From an uncultured Chloroflexota bacterium (GTDB lineage Bacteria; Chloroflexota; UBA6077; SHYK01): a stretch of 64,000 nucleotides of DNA. The translations under genes were made by a program, and so were the position numbers. Where the stretch lies: NCBI GenBank assembly GCA_964417895.1, contig CAYQJS010000014.1:15076-79075 (forward strand). Reading direction: 5' to 3'. A model generated the notes under the pieces. That model did not search any database, was not told where the DNA came from, and saw only the letters and a list, made by a program, of their open reading frames with translations. This document shows, piece after piece, positions 9,995 through 19,094 of this stretch (the first letter of the stretch is position 1; the number at the start of each line of letters is the position of its first letter).

Positions 9995-11086
9995 TTAGTC
10001 CAGGTCGTAGAGACAGGCGCAATTGTCCCACAGAATTTTGCGCTTGGATTCCCGGCTGACGCCGGACAGCTCCATGAAGTGGCTTCCAGCTTCGGGAAAC
10101 TCCGAATCGAAGTGCGGAAAATCTGATGAGAGCACCAGGTTGTCATCACCAATCGTGGTGATCACGCCTGGCAGGCTCCATTCGCCCACCTCCACCGAGC
10201 AATAGCACTGCCGCCTCCAGTACTCGACCGGACGCATCCGAACGTTCTCGTCGATACCCGGATGCATGCCGCGGAACTTTTCGCACTCCTCTTCCAAACG
10301 GAACAGCCAGTAGGGCACCCACGACGCTCCACACTCGAGGAAGGCAAATCGCAATCTCGGATGCCGTTCCAGGACCCCGCCAACCAGCAATTCCATAAAC
10401 GTGCACATATGGCCAACAGGACGAGCTGAGGCATGGACGAACAGGTGGGTCGGGCGCTCACCGTAGCGGCTCTCCATCTGCCTGGGCAGGCCGTTGTGAA
10501 AATCAACCGCGAGCCCCACCTGTTCGGCCGCCGTCCAGATCGGTTCGAACAGCGGATCGTCGAACGCAACCCCGTCTAGCCGAGGGTCCAGCAGAATGCT
10601 CGCCGCGTCCAGCTCCGTCTTTACGCGACGAATCTCGGCGACGGCCGCGTCGATGTCGTGCGTTGGAATGATCGCGTTCATCTTGAGTCGGGTTGGGTCG
10701 TAGGCGCAGAAATCATGAAGCCAATTGTTGAACGCCCGCCTTACCGCCATAGCCGCGACAGGGGAGCTCGTGCGCGGGGAGCCGAGGGCAATAGTTGGAA
10801 AGAGCACCGCGGAGTCTATGCCCTCCCGATCCATTGCGCGGAGCTGGCCGGCGGGGTCAATCGACATCCCATCAGGGCCAAGATACGGACCAAAAAGGTC
10901 CACCCGCGTCTTGCGGATGTCTCTGATGTTGGCGACCGGGCCGTGTGTCAGCGGGTTGTATCCCTCCGGGACTCCTGTCAGCTCTTCGATCTCGTCGCGG
11001 AACTGCGGCTCGATGTGACGCTGCCACAGATCCCACGGCTCGGCCATATGCATGTCGCAGTCCAACCATCGGAGGCCGTCGTTCAT
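9995..11086 (-). CDS. Metal-dependent amidohydrolase (amidohydrolase_2 / PF04909-like)
   Basis: 363-aa ORF with the motif 'LDCDMHMAEPWDLW'. Paralogous in type to 1916-3055. Confidence 0.8.
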   Translation of the reverse strand: MNDGLRWLDCDMHMAEPWDLWQRHIEPQFRDEIEELTGVPEGYNPLTHGPVANIRDIRKTRVDLFGPYLGPDGMSIDPAGQLRAMDREGIDSAVLFPTIALGSPRTSSPVAAMAVRRAFNNWLHDFCAYDPTRLKMNAIIPTHDIDAAVAEIRRVKTELDAASILLDPRLDGVAFDDPLFEPIWTAAEQVGLAVDFHNGLPRQMESRYGERPTHLFVHASARPVGHMCTFMELLVGGVLERHPRLRFAFLECGASWVPYWLFRLEEECEKFRGMHPGIDENVRMRPVEYWRRQCYCSVEVGEWSLPGVITTIGDDNLVLSSDFPHFDSEFPEAGSHFMELSGVSRESKRKILWDNCACLYDLD

Positions 11087-11317
11087 GGCTGTGCTCCCTC
11101 AAACCCCCAAGTGTCTTGGTGACCCGGCTAATTTCCGGATCTAATGGCCAGTGTAGATTCGGCTTGGCGCGCCGGCAAGGAGGGTTGCGTGCCAGTGGCG
11201 CAGACTGCACCTTCGTAGTCCCTGCTGGCCCCACCGGGATTCTACGCAGGTTACTTTTAAGATGGCCCTCGGGGTTGCGCCCTCGATTTATTCCCTTCGG
11301 CCGCGGCCTAGCTCCGT

Positions 11318-11455
11318 TCACGAAATTAGAAGAGCTTTGCGGTAAACCAGGTCGGCACTGACGACATCTTCGACAGCCAAGCCGAGGGACTTGAACACGG
11401 TCATCTCGTCCCGGGCCTGACGGCCTGGCTTTGCCCCGGCTGCAACCTCGCCCAC
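11318..11455 (-). pseudogene. C-terminal remnant of an ornithine cyclodeaminase / mu-crystallin family gene
   Basis: The minus frame reads VGEVAAGAKPGRQARDEMTVFKSLGLAVEDVVSADLVYRKALLIS*. This matches the conserved OCD C-terminus (G-x-x-PGR...T-x-FKS-x-G-x-A-x-ED). The N-terminal ~280 aa are absent. Confidence 0.45.
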
Positions 11456-11515
11456 GAGATTGCACCGAAATCGAATCTAGCGTAGCCTGGCATCTACGCA
11501 GGTCCGGACGGAAGG

Positions 11516-11989
11516 GTGAGCGCTCAACACATGGCCCTTCGCATCATCACCACTACGCTGGCATTGGCGTCTGGTGTCCTTCATCTCGCCTTGGACATGG
11601 TGCTGTTCCGCGGCAACTTTGGCTTCTTTCGCATCGGCGAAGCTCCCTCTGGGCCGCCACCCGGGGCCGGATCGGGGCCGCCTCCTGGCGCCACACCGCC
11701 GCCCCAGCTTCCCTTACCGCTAAACCAGCTATTTCTGCTGAACTTCGTCGGATGGATCGCGCTGGTATTGCTCTTCTGGTTCGCGCCGCGCACCTGGGCA
11801 TGGCTCGTCGACATCGCGATGATCCTCTACACGCTGGCCATCATCGGCGGGTGGATGTACATCGGCTCGCCGAATCCGATGAGCCTCGGTTACATCAGCA
11901 AGGCCATCGAGCTCACGCTGCTGGTCGCCCTTCTCGTCCACCTGCGGGACGCGCTCAGGGCGCGGGGCGGGGCTGCCGGCGCGCTCTAG
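11516..11989 (+). CDS. Hypothetical integral membrane protein
   Basis: 157-aa ORF with four hydrophobic segments and a Pro/Gly-rich loop. Codon bias is consistent with coding. I recognise no family. Confidence 0.55.
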   Translation: MSAQHMALRIITTTLALASGVLHLALDMVLFRGNFGFFRIGEAPSGPPPGAGSGPPPGATPPPQLPLPLNQLFLLNFVGWIALVLLFWFAPRTWAWLVDIAMILYTLAIIGGWMYIGSPNPMSLGYISKAIELTLLVALLVHLRDALRARGGAAGAL

Positions 11990-12027
11990 CGGCAAGCGGC
12001 GGGAACGGAGCTGGCTGATATCACGTC

Positions 12028-12242
12028 TTCAAGCCCGACTACCTGGCGCGCCTGACGAACAGCTTTGCACCTGATCGATCCTGGAAGTCAAGGGGCTTGA
12101 GACGGAGCAGGACCGGGAGACGTACGTGGCAGCCAGACGCTGGGTTGAGGCGGTCAACCGTGGGCGAGATGGGGCGCTGGACCTTCGAGGTGTGCGAGGA
12201 CCCGAAGGGGGTGCCGGGTTGCTGGCGCGGCTAGCGTCGTAG
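12028..12242 (+). pseudogene. Multiply frameshifted C-terminal remnant of a helicase / type III restriction (res)-like gene
   Basis: Pieces in three frames read FKPDYLARLTNS / ILEVKGLETEQDRETYVAARRWVEAVNR / GEMGRWTFEVCEDPKGVPG..LARLAS*. This resembles the 'EVKG...K..AA..W..AVN..G.fGrW.f' C-terminal signature. Confidence 0.4.
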
Positions 12243-12397
12243 GACAAGGGGCCGAGCTCGCCGATCCCGGACACAGCGCCCAGGCCGGGCCGAGCAAGGC
12301 GACCACGTCACCGGCCTTGCCAGCGCTTGCGCACGCCTCTCGACCTTCGCGTGAAATGGTGACGGCTTTCTCAGGCGCTGCCTTTTGGCTCGGGGTT

Positions 12398-12643
12398 CTA
12401 CTGCATGCGCTTTAGTTTGGAGGCGTTCTCGGCCATGAAGGCTCTGATCTGATCCGCCATCCGCAGGACAGTTTCCCACTGCTCGACGTAGAGCGTGACG
12501 GGAAATCGCCCAAGCCCGTAAAGACTGACCCCTCCCTTTTCAGACACCCTCAGGTAGACGCTTCGTTTCGCGCCCGCCTTTAGCGCCTCGTTCTCGGCGC
12601 GAAGTCGCTCAAGTTCCGCCTGCAGCTCTTCCTGCGTGGCCAT
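12398..12643 (-). CDS. Hypothetical small coiled-coil protein
   Basis: ATG at 12643 preceded by AGGAGG. 81 aa, reading MATQEELQAELERLRAENEALK...GLGRFPVTLYVEQW. I cannot assign a family. Confidence 0.5.
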   Translation of the reverse strand: MATQEELQAELERLRAENEALKAGAKRSVYLRVSEKGGVSLYGLGRFPVTLYVEQWETVLRMADQIRAFMAENASKLKRMQ

Positions 12644-12876
12644 CGATTGTCCTCCTACTGGGCGAGGGACCCCGCTGCTCTGGAGCAGGGGTTGCCGCAA
12701 TCATACGAAGCCAGCCTCGTCTGCGGGGCCTGCCGGTGGCCTTCCAGGGCAACGGAAGGGGAGGTCCGTGCTGGCCAACACAGTCGTTCCACTGTGTGCT
12801 CGACCTGCACTCGCCCGGCCCACGGCTACAATGATCCAAGGTTCCCCAGCAATGCACTGCAGGGTGAGGTGACCAT

Positions 12877-13245
12877 GTGAGCAGGGGGTTTAGCGGACGG
12901 TCCGTGTTAGTGATCGATGGGGATCCTGAGCTGCGCGCCGCTGTGTCGGAAGCCCTCGGAATCGAGGGCTACGTGGTGCAGGCGGTCTCCCCTGGCCCGG
13001 CCGCGCTCGACCTGCTGGACGAGACCACTCCTGCTCTTGTGGTGATGGACCCCGAACTACGGAAGTGGGGCCACTGGACAGTCCCGACGGCAATCCGGGC
13101 GCACGCGGACGGGATTCCGCTTCTGGCGCTCGGTGCGAGTGCTGTGGTACGACGGTGCGCTGAAGAACTGCTCGCCGAGGGGTATCTCGATAAGCCGATC
13201 GCCTTGGCAGAGCTTGTTCTTGCCGTCGCCCGTATGGTCGGTTGA
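12877..13245 (+). CDS. Stand-alone response-regulator receiver domain protein (CheY-like)
   Basis: 122 aa with 'VLVIDGDPELR...ALVVMDPEL...YLDKPI', a receiver-domain pattern. There is no output domain and no adjacent kinase. Confidence 0.75.
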   Translation: MSRGFSGRSVLVIDGDPELRAAVSEALGIEGYVVQAVSPGPAALDLLDETTPALVVMDPELRKWGHWTVPTAIRAHADGIPLLALGASAVVRRCAEELLAEGYLDKPIALAELVLAVARMVG

Positions 13246-13269
13246 CCAGGGCGCTTTTACAGCGGCCTC

Positions 13270-13887
13270 TCAGCGTAGGAATGGCAGCCACAGTCCGACG
13301 GAGGGATAGTCGAGGTGCAACACCAGCAGAAAGGTCAGAACGCCTCCGAACACAATCCGGGCTTCCCGCGGAATATCAGTTGCCCGTCCAGTAACCTTCA
13401 GCACAACGAAGAAGAACAGCACCAGCCATGATGTGACGGCCCACATGTACAGGGCATGCCAGAGCCCAATCGCATTCCAGTGCCACGGGGTTGGCATGGC
13501 CCAATTCACCAACTGGTTCGCCGCTTGCATGCCGTGCACGTACGCCGTAAATACGGCGCCCAGCAGCAGAGCAGGCAAGACACACGTACGGGCCAGATGT
13601 TGGCGCTCTCTCGTGAGAAACGAGGCGGCGGCCATGTTCACCACGGGAAGCAAAATCCCGTCGCCGAGGATGGCGGACCTATAGCTTAAGACCGTCCGAA
13701 GCTGGTGGACCACTGGGTCATCGATAGCGACGAGATAGAGGTTCAGCAGGACGCTGGCCAGAAGGCCGAAGACCAAGGTGGCCAGGCCCACACCAGTCAC
13801 CAAATAGCGGGCATCTGCCCCGAGGACGAGGCGTGGCGCACGCGAGCGGACATGCCACCGCGTGCGCCCTAAAGAGACTGGCTGCAC
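13270..13887 (-). CDS. Hypothetical integral membrane protein
   Basis: 205-aa ORF with about six hydrophobic helices. I recognise no family. Confidence 0.55.
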   Translation of the reverse strand: MQPVSLGRTRWHVRSRAPRLVLGADARYLVTGVGLATLVFGLLASVLLNLYLVAIDDPVVHQLRTVLSYRSAILGDGILLPVVNMAAASFLTRERQHLARTCVLPALLLGAVFTAYVHGMQAANQLVNWAMPTPWHWNAIGLWHALYMWAVTSWLVLFFFVVLKVTGRATDIPREARIVFGGVLTFLLVLHLDYPSVGLWLPFLR

Positions 13888-14202
13888 AGTCGTCCCACCG
13901 TTTTGTCTCGAGATTCGGCACTAGCGTGACGATTGGAGGGAGGGAACACTAGTTGCGCGTATCAGTCTAGCGCGGCGGGTTAAATAATGTGGTGCTGATT
14001 TAAGACGAAATCTGCGCCCACGATCCGCTCACCGTATGCCCAAGTGCCGCCCCTCACCGTGCCCACCGCAAGCCTCTTTGATGGGGCTTGTGAAGGATCA
14101 TCCCTTGATCTCGGCGGCCCACAGTGCGGCCCCACATCGCTGTGATCGCCGGATCCCAGCCCCGGATTCGGGCGCGCGGAGTGCCAGGCGGGCCCACTCA
14201 GC

Positions 14203-15558
14203 CTAGAGGTGTAGGAGCCAGCGCGCGATCTCGAAGTAGATCACCAGGCCGGTGCCATCGACGATAGTCGTGATGAACGGCCCCGAGACCACGGCCGGAT
14301 CCAGTTGCAGCCGCTTCAGCGCCAGCGGCAGCAGGCTTGCCACGGTCGCCGCCCACATCACGATGCACGCGGCGGTGACTGCTACTACTATCCCGACGGC
14401 GGGCCCCACGCCCAACGTCCATGAGCGAACGAAGGTGGCGAGGGCTATGAGCGCCGCTAGCACGACGGCAGCGGCCATCTCCTTGCGAAACACACGAAGC
14501 GCGTCGCCGAGTCGAACGTCGCCGGTTGCCAGCGCTCGCGTGACCGTCGTGGTGATCTGCGTGCCGGTGTTGCCACCGGTGCCGATCAGCATTGGGATGA
14601 AGAGGGCAAGCACCACCATTTGCGCCAGCTCATCCTCGAAGGCCTGCAGCACGCTGCCGGTGTACGCGGACGCCACGAACAGCAAGAGGAGCCAGCGCAC
14701 GCGCTTCCAGACCAGCTCCCATGGGGACGCCCGCAGGTAGGGCTTGCCCAGCGGCTCAGAGCCGCCGAGCTTTTCGGTGTCTTCGGTCGCTTCCTGCTCT
14801 AACACGTCGGCCACGTCGTCCGCCGTCACCACGCCCAGCAGGCGGCCGCGCTCGTCGACGACTGGGATCGCAAGAAGGTCGTGCTCCATGAGGAGGCGCG
14901 CCGCCTGCTCCTGGTCGGCGTTCGCTGGCAGATGGATCACCTGGCGGCGCATCACGTCGCTGATCGGCTGCTGAGGGTCGGCGATAACCAGGTCCCGGAG
15001 GCTGACGACCCCGACGAGCTGGTCATGCCGGTCGGTCACGTAAACGTAGTAGATGGTTTCGGCGTTGGGGGCCTGGCTCCGGATCAGCCGCATGGCAGCA
15101 GCGACAGTGAGCGCCGGTGAAATCGCGACGAACTCTGGCGTCATGCGACCGCCCGCGGTATCGGGCGGGTAGGCCATCAGCTCACGAATCTCCTGCGCCT
15201 CACCGGGCTGCATCTCCGCGAGGACCTCTTCGGCCTCTTCATCCGGAAGCTCCTCGACGACGTCGGTGGCGTCGTCTGGCTCCATCTCCTCGAGAATGTC
15301 CGCCGCCCCTGCCCGGCCAAAACGCAGTATCAGGCGCGCCGCCTCGCTCGGATCGAGCTGGGCCACAGCATCGGCTATGCGCTCGGCCCCGATTTGAACC
15401 TCCAGTTGGAAGAGGTCAGCCGGGCCAAGCTGAACCAGAACCTCGGCGAGCTCAGCGGGGCTCAGGGTCGACGCGATCTGAGCCGCGTCTGCGTTGTTGC
15501 CCTCGGCCAAAAGCAGTCGCAGCCGGCGCACGTCCACATGGAGCTGTTGCAGGCGCAT
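14203..15558 (-). CDS. mgtE: Magnesium transporter MgtE
   Basis: 451 aa with an N-terminal MgtE_N region, a CBS pair ('LVGVVSLRDL', 'LLGVVTADDV') and a C-terminal MgtE membrane domain ('IPMLIGTGGNTGTQ'). Confidence 0.9.
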   Translation of the reverse strand: MRLQQLHVDVRRLRLLLAEGNNADAAQIASTLSPAELAEVLVQLGPADLFQLEVQIGAERIADAVAQLDPSEAARLILRFGRAGAADILEEMEPDDATDVVEELPDEEAEEVLAEMQPGEAQEIRELMAYPPDTAGGRMTPEFVAISPALTVAAAMRLIRSQAPNAETIYYVYVTDRHDQLVGVVSLRDLVIADPQQPISDVMRRQVIHLPANADQEQAARLLMEHDLLAIPVVDERGRLLGVVTADDVADVLEQEATEDTEKLGGSEPLGKPYLRASPWELVWKRVRWLLLLFVASAYTGSVLQAFEDELAQMVVLALFIPMLIGTGGNTGTQITTTVTRALATGDVRLGDALRVFRKEMAAAVVLAALIALATFVRSWTLGVGPAVGIVVAVTAACIVMWAATVASLLPLALKRLQLDPAVVSGPFITTIVDGTGLVIYFEIARWLLHL

Positions 15559-16264
15559 GGCCGCACCTCCTTACACAGGTTGGCGCGGACAATCGGCTGG
15601 CAGCGGACAGAGGGGTCTACAGCAGCACAAGGCGATGGCGGAGCCATGAGAATACTGCGGGAAGAGCGTCGAGGAGGGTGGGGAAGGCTAGTTCAGGACG
15701 ACCCTGCAACCCCAGGGCGCCGCCCCCGCTGTCCGAGCTATTCGGTTGTCCTGGGGTTGACGTTGACCGGGTAGGTCTGCGTCCATGAGTCCCTATCTGG
15801 AGCTGGAGCTGCCAACTCCATCTGCATCATACGCGCGCAAGCTCGAAAAGGCAACGTGTCTTTGTGCCGTAATGAGCAGCAGTCGACTCGGCTTCAAGGG
15901 CCCACGAATCCTCGAAAGTAGGCAGGAGGGCGGTGTCTTCCTCACCTATTTGTTTCTGGTGGGCAATGCACTGCGGGCGCTGAGAGCGGCGTATGGCTCG
16001 AAGGCCCCGGTCGATGGCCCAAACGACATTCGATCGGTACACGTAGGGATGCTGCTAACGGCGCAAACGTGAGTGGAAGCCGGCCGTCGTCGCTATCCGC
16101 TCCTCGTGTGCGTTCACAGGCGGCGGGAGCGACGCGCAGGCAGTACACTCGGGAGCACTATCCGAGGGGTCGCCGGGCAGAGAGGCCAACCTCAGCCGCG
16201 GACGAACCGATGCGCGTCATGGTGAAGTCCCGCTTCCAGTCGATGAGGGCAATGAGGTGATTCG

Positions 16265-17334
16265 ATGACGGGTCCTTCAACTTCAGACGTAACCAACTCA
16301 GGACCTCCTGCCGCGGTGGAGCCCCCTCCTCAAGCGGTGCTTCTGAGGTTGCTTCTCGGATACGTGCTTGGACGAGGACTTCACTCAGTTGTGGAGCTTG
16401 GCGTCGCGGATCACCTGGGGCGCGAGCCACGGAGCGCAAGGGATATCGCTCGCGCGGTCGGCGGCGAGCCTGAAGCGGTGGAGCGACTGCTTCACAGCTT
16501 GGCGAGCGTTGGCGTCTTTGCGGAGCCAGAGCCCGCCAATTCGCTCTGACGGCCGTCGGAGAACTTCTCCGAACGGACAGCAGCCAATCGATGCTTGGGC
16601 TCTCGCGGCTTTACAGCTCGGACTTCATGCGAGCAGCGGTGAACGGGCTTCCGGATACCATTCGCACCGGTGTGTCGGCGTTCGAGCGTGCGCACGGGAT
16701 GCTGCTCTTTCCTTACCTCGCTCAGCACCCAGGCGATGCCGCCGTATTCGACGCTGCGATGACAAGCGCCTCGTCGAGCGAGATACCCGCGATTCTCGCC
16801 GCCTACGATTTCTCTGGCTTTCATTCGATTGTGGACGTCGGCGGGGGACGCGGTGCTCTGCTGAGAGCTGTTTTGGCGGCCTACCCCAAAATGCGCGGGA
16901 TCCTATTCGATCGGCCAGAGGTCGTGGCCGGGGCAAGGAGCGCCATTGAGGCGGACGGGATAGCCGACCGCGTCGAGATCGCCGGCGGCGACTTCTTCCA
17001 GGCTGTCCCTGGCGACGCAGACGCGTACGTGCTGAAGAGCGTCATTCACGACTGGGGCGATGCTCAGGGCATCGAGATACTGAACAGGTGCCGGGAAGCG
17101 ATGCCGAAAGCCGGCCGTATTCTTGTGATCGACCCTCTTGTCCCGGCTGGAGACCAACCTTCGCCCAACAAGCTGCTCGACCTGCTCATGCTTGCTGTCA
17201 TGGGGAGCGGCGGCGGCCGTGAGCGAACCGAAGCGGAATTCAGGGAATTGTTCGAGGCCGCCGGCTTCCGACTTGCGCGGGTGATTCCCACCAGGTCACG
17301 TATGTCGATCCTAGAGGGCTTTGCGAATGCCTAG
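16265..17334 (+). pseudogene. Class I SAM-dependent O-methyltransferase (dimerisation domain + Methyltransf_2), frameshifted
   Basis: The N-terminal winged-helix/dimerisation part (16265-16549) ends 'GVFAEPEPANSL*'. The continuation 'QFALTAVGELLRTDSSQSMLGLSRLY...VDVGGGRGALL' is open in another frame from about 16537. A single indel near 16530-16540 separates them. Confidence 0.75.
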
Positions 17335-17501
17335 GCCGCTAGCAGTGACGATTGCGTCCTGGTGTTCGGTTGCTGGCTGGACAGGATGGTCTGTAGGGCC
17401 CGCCTCCAGGCCAAAAGCCCTTTTTCCCTGACCGTCGGGTAAAGTGAGCCTATTGGTGGCGGAGGGCGGCACCGGCCGCTGCTCGGGGTAGGTGCAAACT
17501 G

Positions 17502-18863
17502 GTGTCGCGTCCTCGCTCCGTTGACGGCGCATCGGTGGCACCGCCGGACGGACTAGCTCCACAGGTCCCCCCGCTCAAGCGCGGTGAGGCAGTTGAAAGC
17601 GGCCGTTTCACAGACGAGGCCGTCTCACTGCGTAGACCTGCATTCCGTTTCGCTCCGGCTCTGGAGTCCCCTCATTTCCGGTTGCTCTGGCTCGGCATGC
17701 TCCCTGCCACCATGGCGCACCAGATGGGCATCGTAGCGACCGGTTATGCGGCGTACACGCTCACCGGTGGAGCAACAGCCCTTGGAATAGTCAGCGTCGC
17801 AATGGGGCTGCCAATGCTGGTGTTCTCCCTCATTGGGGGTGTAGTCGCCGACCGTGCGCCCCGCCGGGCTGTGCTCCTCATTACCCAGGGCGTCTTGGCA
17901 ATGGCTAGTGGCGCGCTTGCGGCCCTTGCTTTAGCTGGCGCCCTCCAGGTCTGGCATCTCTTCATCCTCGGAGCGGTTCAGGGGACGGCGTTCTCTTTCA
18001 ACATGCCTGCTCGCCAGGCGTATATCGCGGAGATTGTCGGCCCGAAGCTCCTGCGTAACGCCCTGGCACTGAACAACGCTGGGATGAATTTCTCCCGGAT
18101 CGTAGGGCCCTCCCTCGCCGGCGGCATTCTCGCGGTCGGCGCGCTGGGCGTAGGAGGTGCCTTCGCGGGAATGTCCGCGATGTACGCGGTGGTCCTCCTC
18201 GCGCTCCTTAGGCTGCCGTCGCGGCGGACGGACCAGGAGGATTCGGACCGCCCCAGGCGAGAGGGGGGCTGGGCACAGATGATGGAGGGGCTTGGGTACA
18301 TCAAGTCCTCCCCCACCCTTATGGCGCTCCTGGCACTCGCGTTTCTGCCGATCTTCTTCGGGATGCCATTTCAAACCTTGATGCCACTCTTCGCGGAGGA
18401 GGTCCACAGCGTGGGTGCCGCGGGCCTGGGCGCGCTCATGACCAGCGTTGGGGTAGGAGCGCTCATTGGCTCGCTCGTCGTGGCCACGCTCTCGGGCCGG
18501 CCGCGCCTGGGAACGCTCCAGTTAGCGGTCGGCGTGGGATTCGGGCTGAGCCTCGTCGCGTTCGCGCTCGCGCCGTCTTTCATGTTGGCGATTGCCGTGC
18601 TGGCTGTCGTCGGGGCTACGTCCGCTGCTCAGATGGCTTTGAACCAGACCCTCGTCATGGCGAACACTCTGCCACGGCTCCACGGTCGGATCATGAGCGT
18701 TTACATGCTCACCTTTGCACTGATGCCCGTCGCGACCCTTCCTTCAGCATGGCTGGCCGACCGCATCGGCGGGCCGGCAACCATCGCCGGCCTTGGCGCT
18801 CTCGTTGCGGGTTCCGTCGTCGCCGTCGCCGTGCTCTACCCACCATATCGGCGGATCCAATAG
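17502..18863 (+). CDS. MFS transporter
   Basis: 453-aa ORF with about 12 TM segments and 'GGVVADRAPRR' (MFS motif A-like). The true start may lie downstream of 17502. Confidence 0.8.
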   Translation: MSRPRSVDGASVAPPDGLAPQVPPLKRGEAVESGRFTDEAVSLRRPAFRFAPALESPHFRLLWLGMLPATMAHQMGIVATGYAAYTLTGGATALGIVSVAMGLPMLVFSLIGGVVADRAPRRAVLLITQGVLAMASGALAALALAGALQVWHLFILGAVQGTAFSFNMPARQAYIAEIVGPKLLRNALALNNAGMNFSRIVGPSLAGGILAVGALGVGGAFAGMSAMYAVVLLALLRLPSRRTDQEDSDRPRREGGWAQMMEGLGYIKSSPTLMALLALAFLPIFFGMPFQTLMPLFAEEVHSVGAAGLGALMTSVGVGALIGSLVVATLSGRPRLGTLQLAVGVGFGLSLVAFALAPSFMLAIAVLAVVGATSAAQMALNQTLVMANTLPRLHGRIMSVYMLTFALMPVATLPSAWLADRIGGPATIAGLGALVAGSVVAVAVLYPPYRRIQ

Positions 18864-19094
18864 GTAGCATGCGCTTGGCGAGGGCCCGCGCGGCCCGTTA
18901 CCGTTGGTGCTCAGCTTGTGTGGATCGCTCACAAGGCACACCCGGCTACCAACGAGAACGTCGAGGACCTCATCGCGCGGCGATCGGCTCGCTGATCCGC
19001 GCACACCTCGCGCGCTGGAAATTCGGCCTAATGTCCGGGTTCGATTCAGGCCACTGAGGGAGCGATGCTAACCGCTTCAACAGGAGTAGGAACC

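Noticed and set aside
9553-10059. Overlapping small ORFs 9553-9849(-) and 9697-10059(+).
   Set aside because: Only about 9745-9930(+) shows coding-like GC3 bias, and it lacks an in-frame start. The minus ORF has no RBS or family. I treat this as a possible decayed gene (see the finding for 9921-12274), not an annotated CDS.
15559-15800. Possible M-box (Mg2+) riboswitch in the mgtE leader.
   Set aside because: I found only weak resemblances ('GGCTCC', 'CTGCCAGCCGATTGTCCG'). The conserved GGUGAGG / ACAGGA / AACG elements and the expected ~160-nt architecture are not present. An Infernal scan with RF00380 would settle it.
15785-16264. Lower-GC stretch with small ORFs on both strands (15785-16072+, 15827-16042-, 16158-16439-).
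   Set aside because: There are no RBS, family motifs or consistent codon bias. 16158-16270(-) ('NHLIALIDWKRDFTMTRIG') might be another gene tail, but I cannot support a call.
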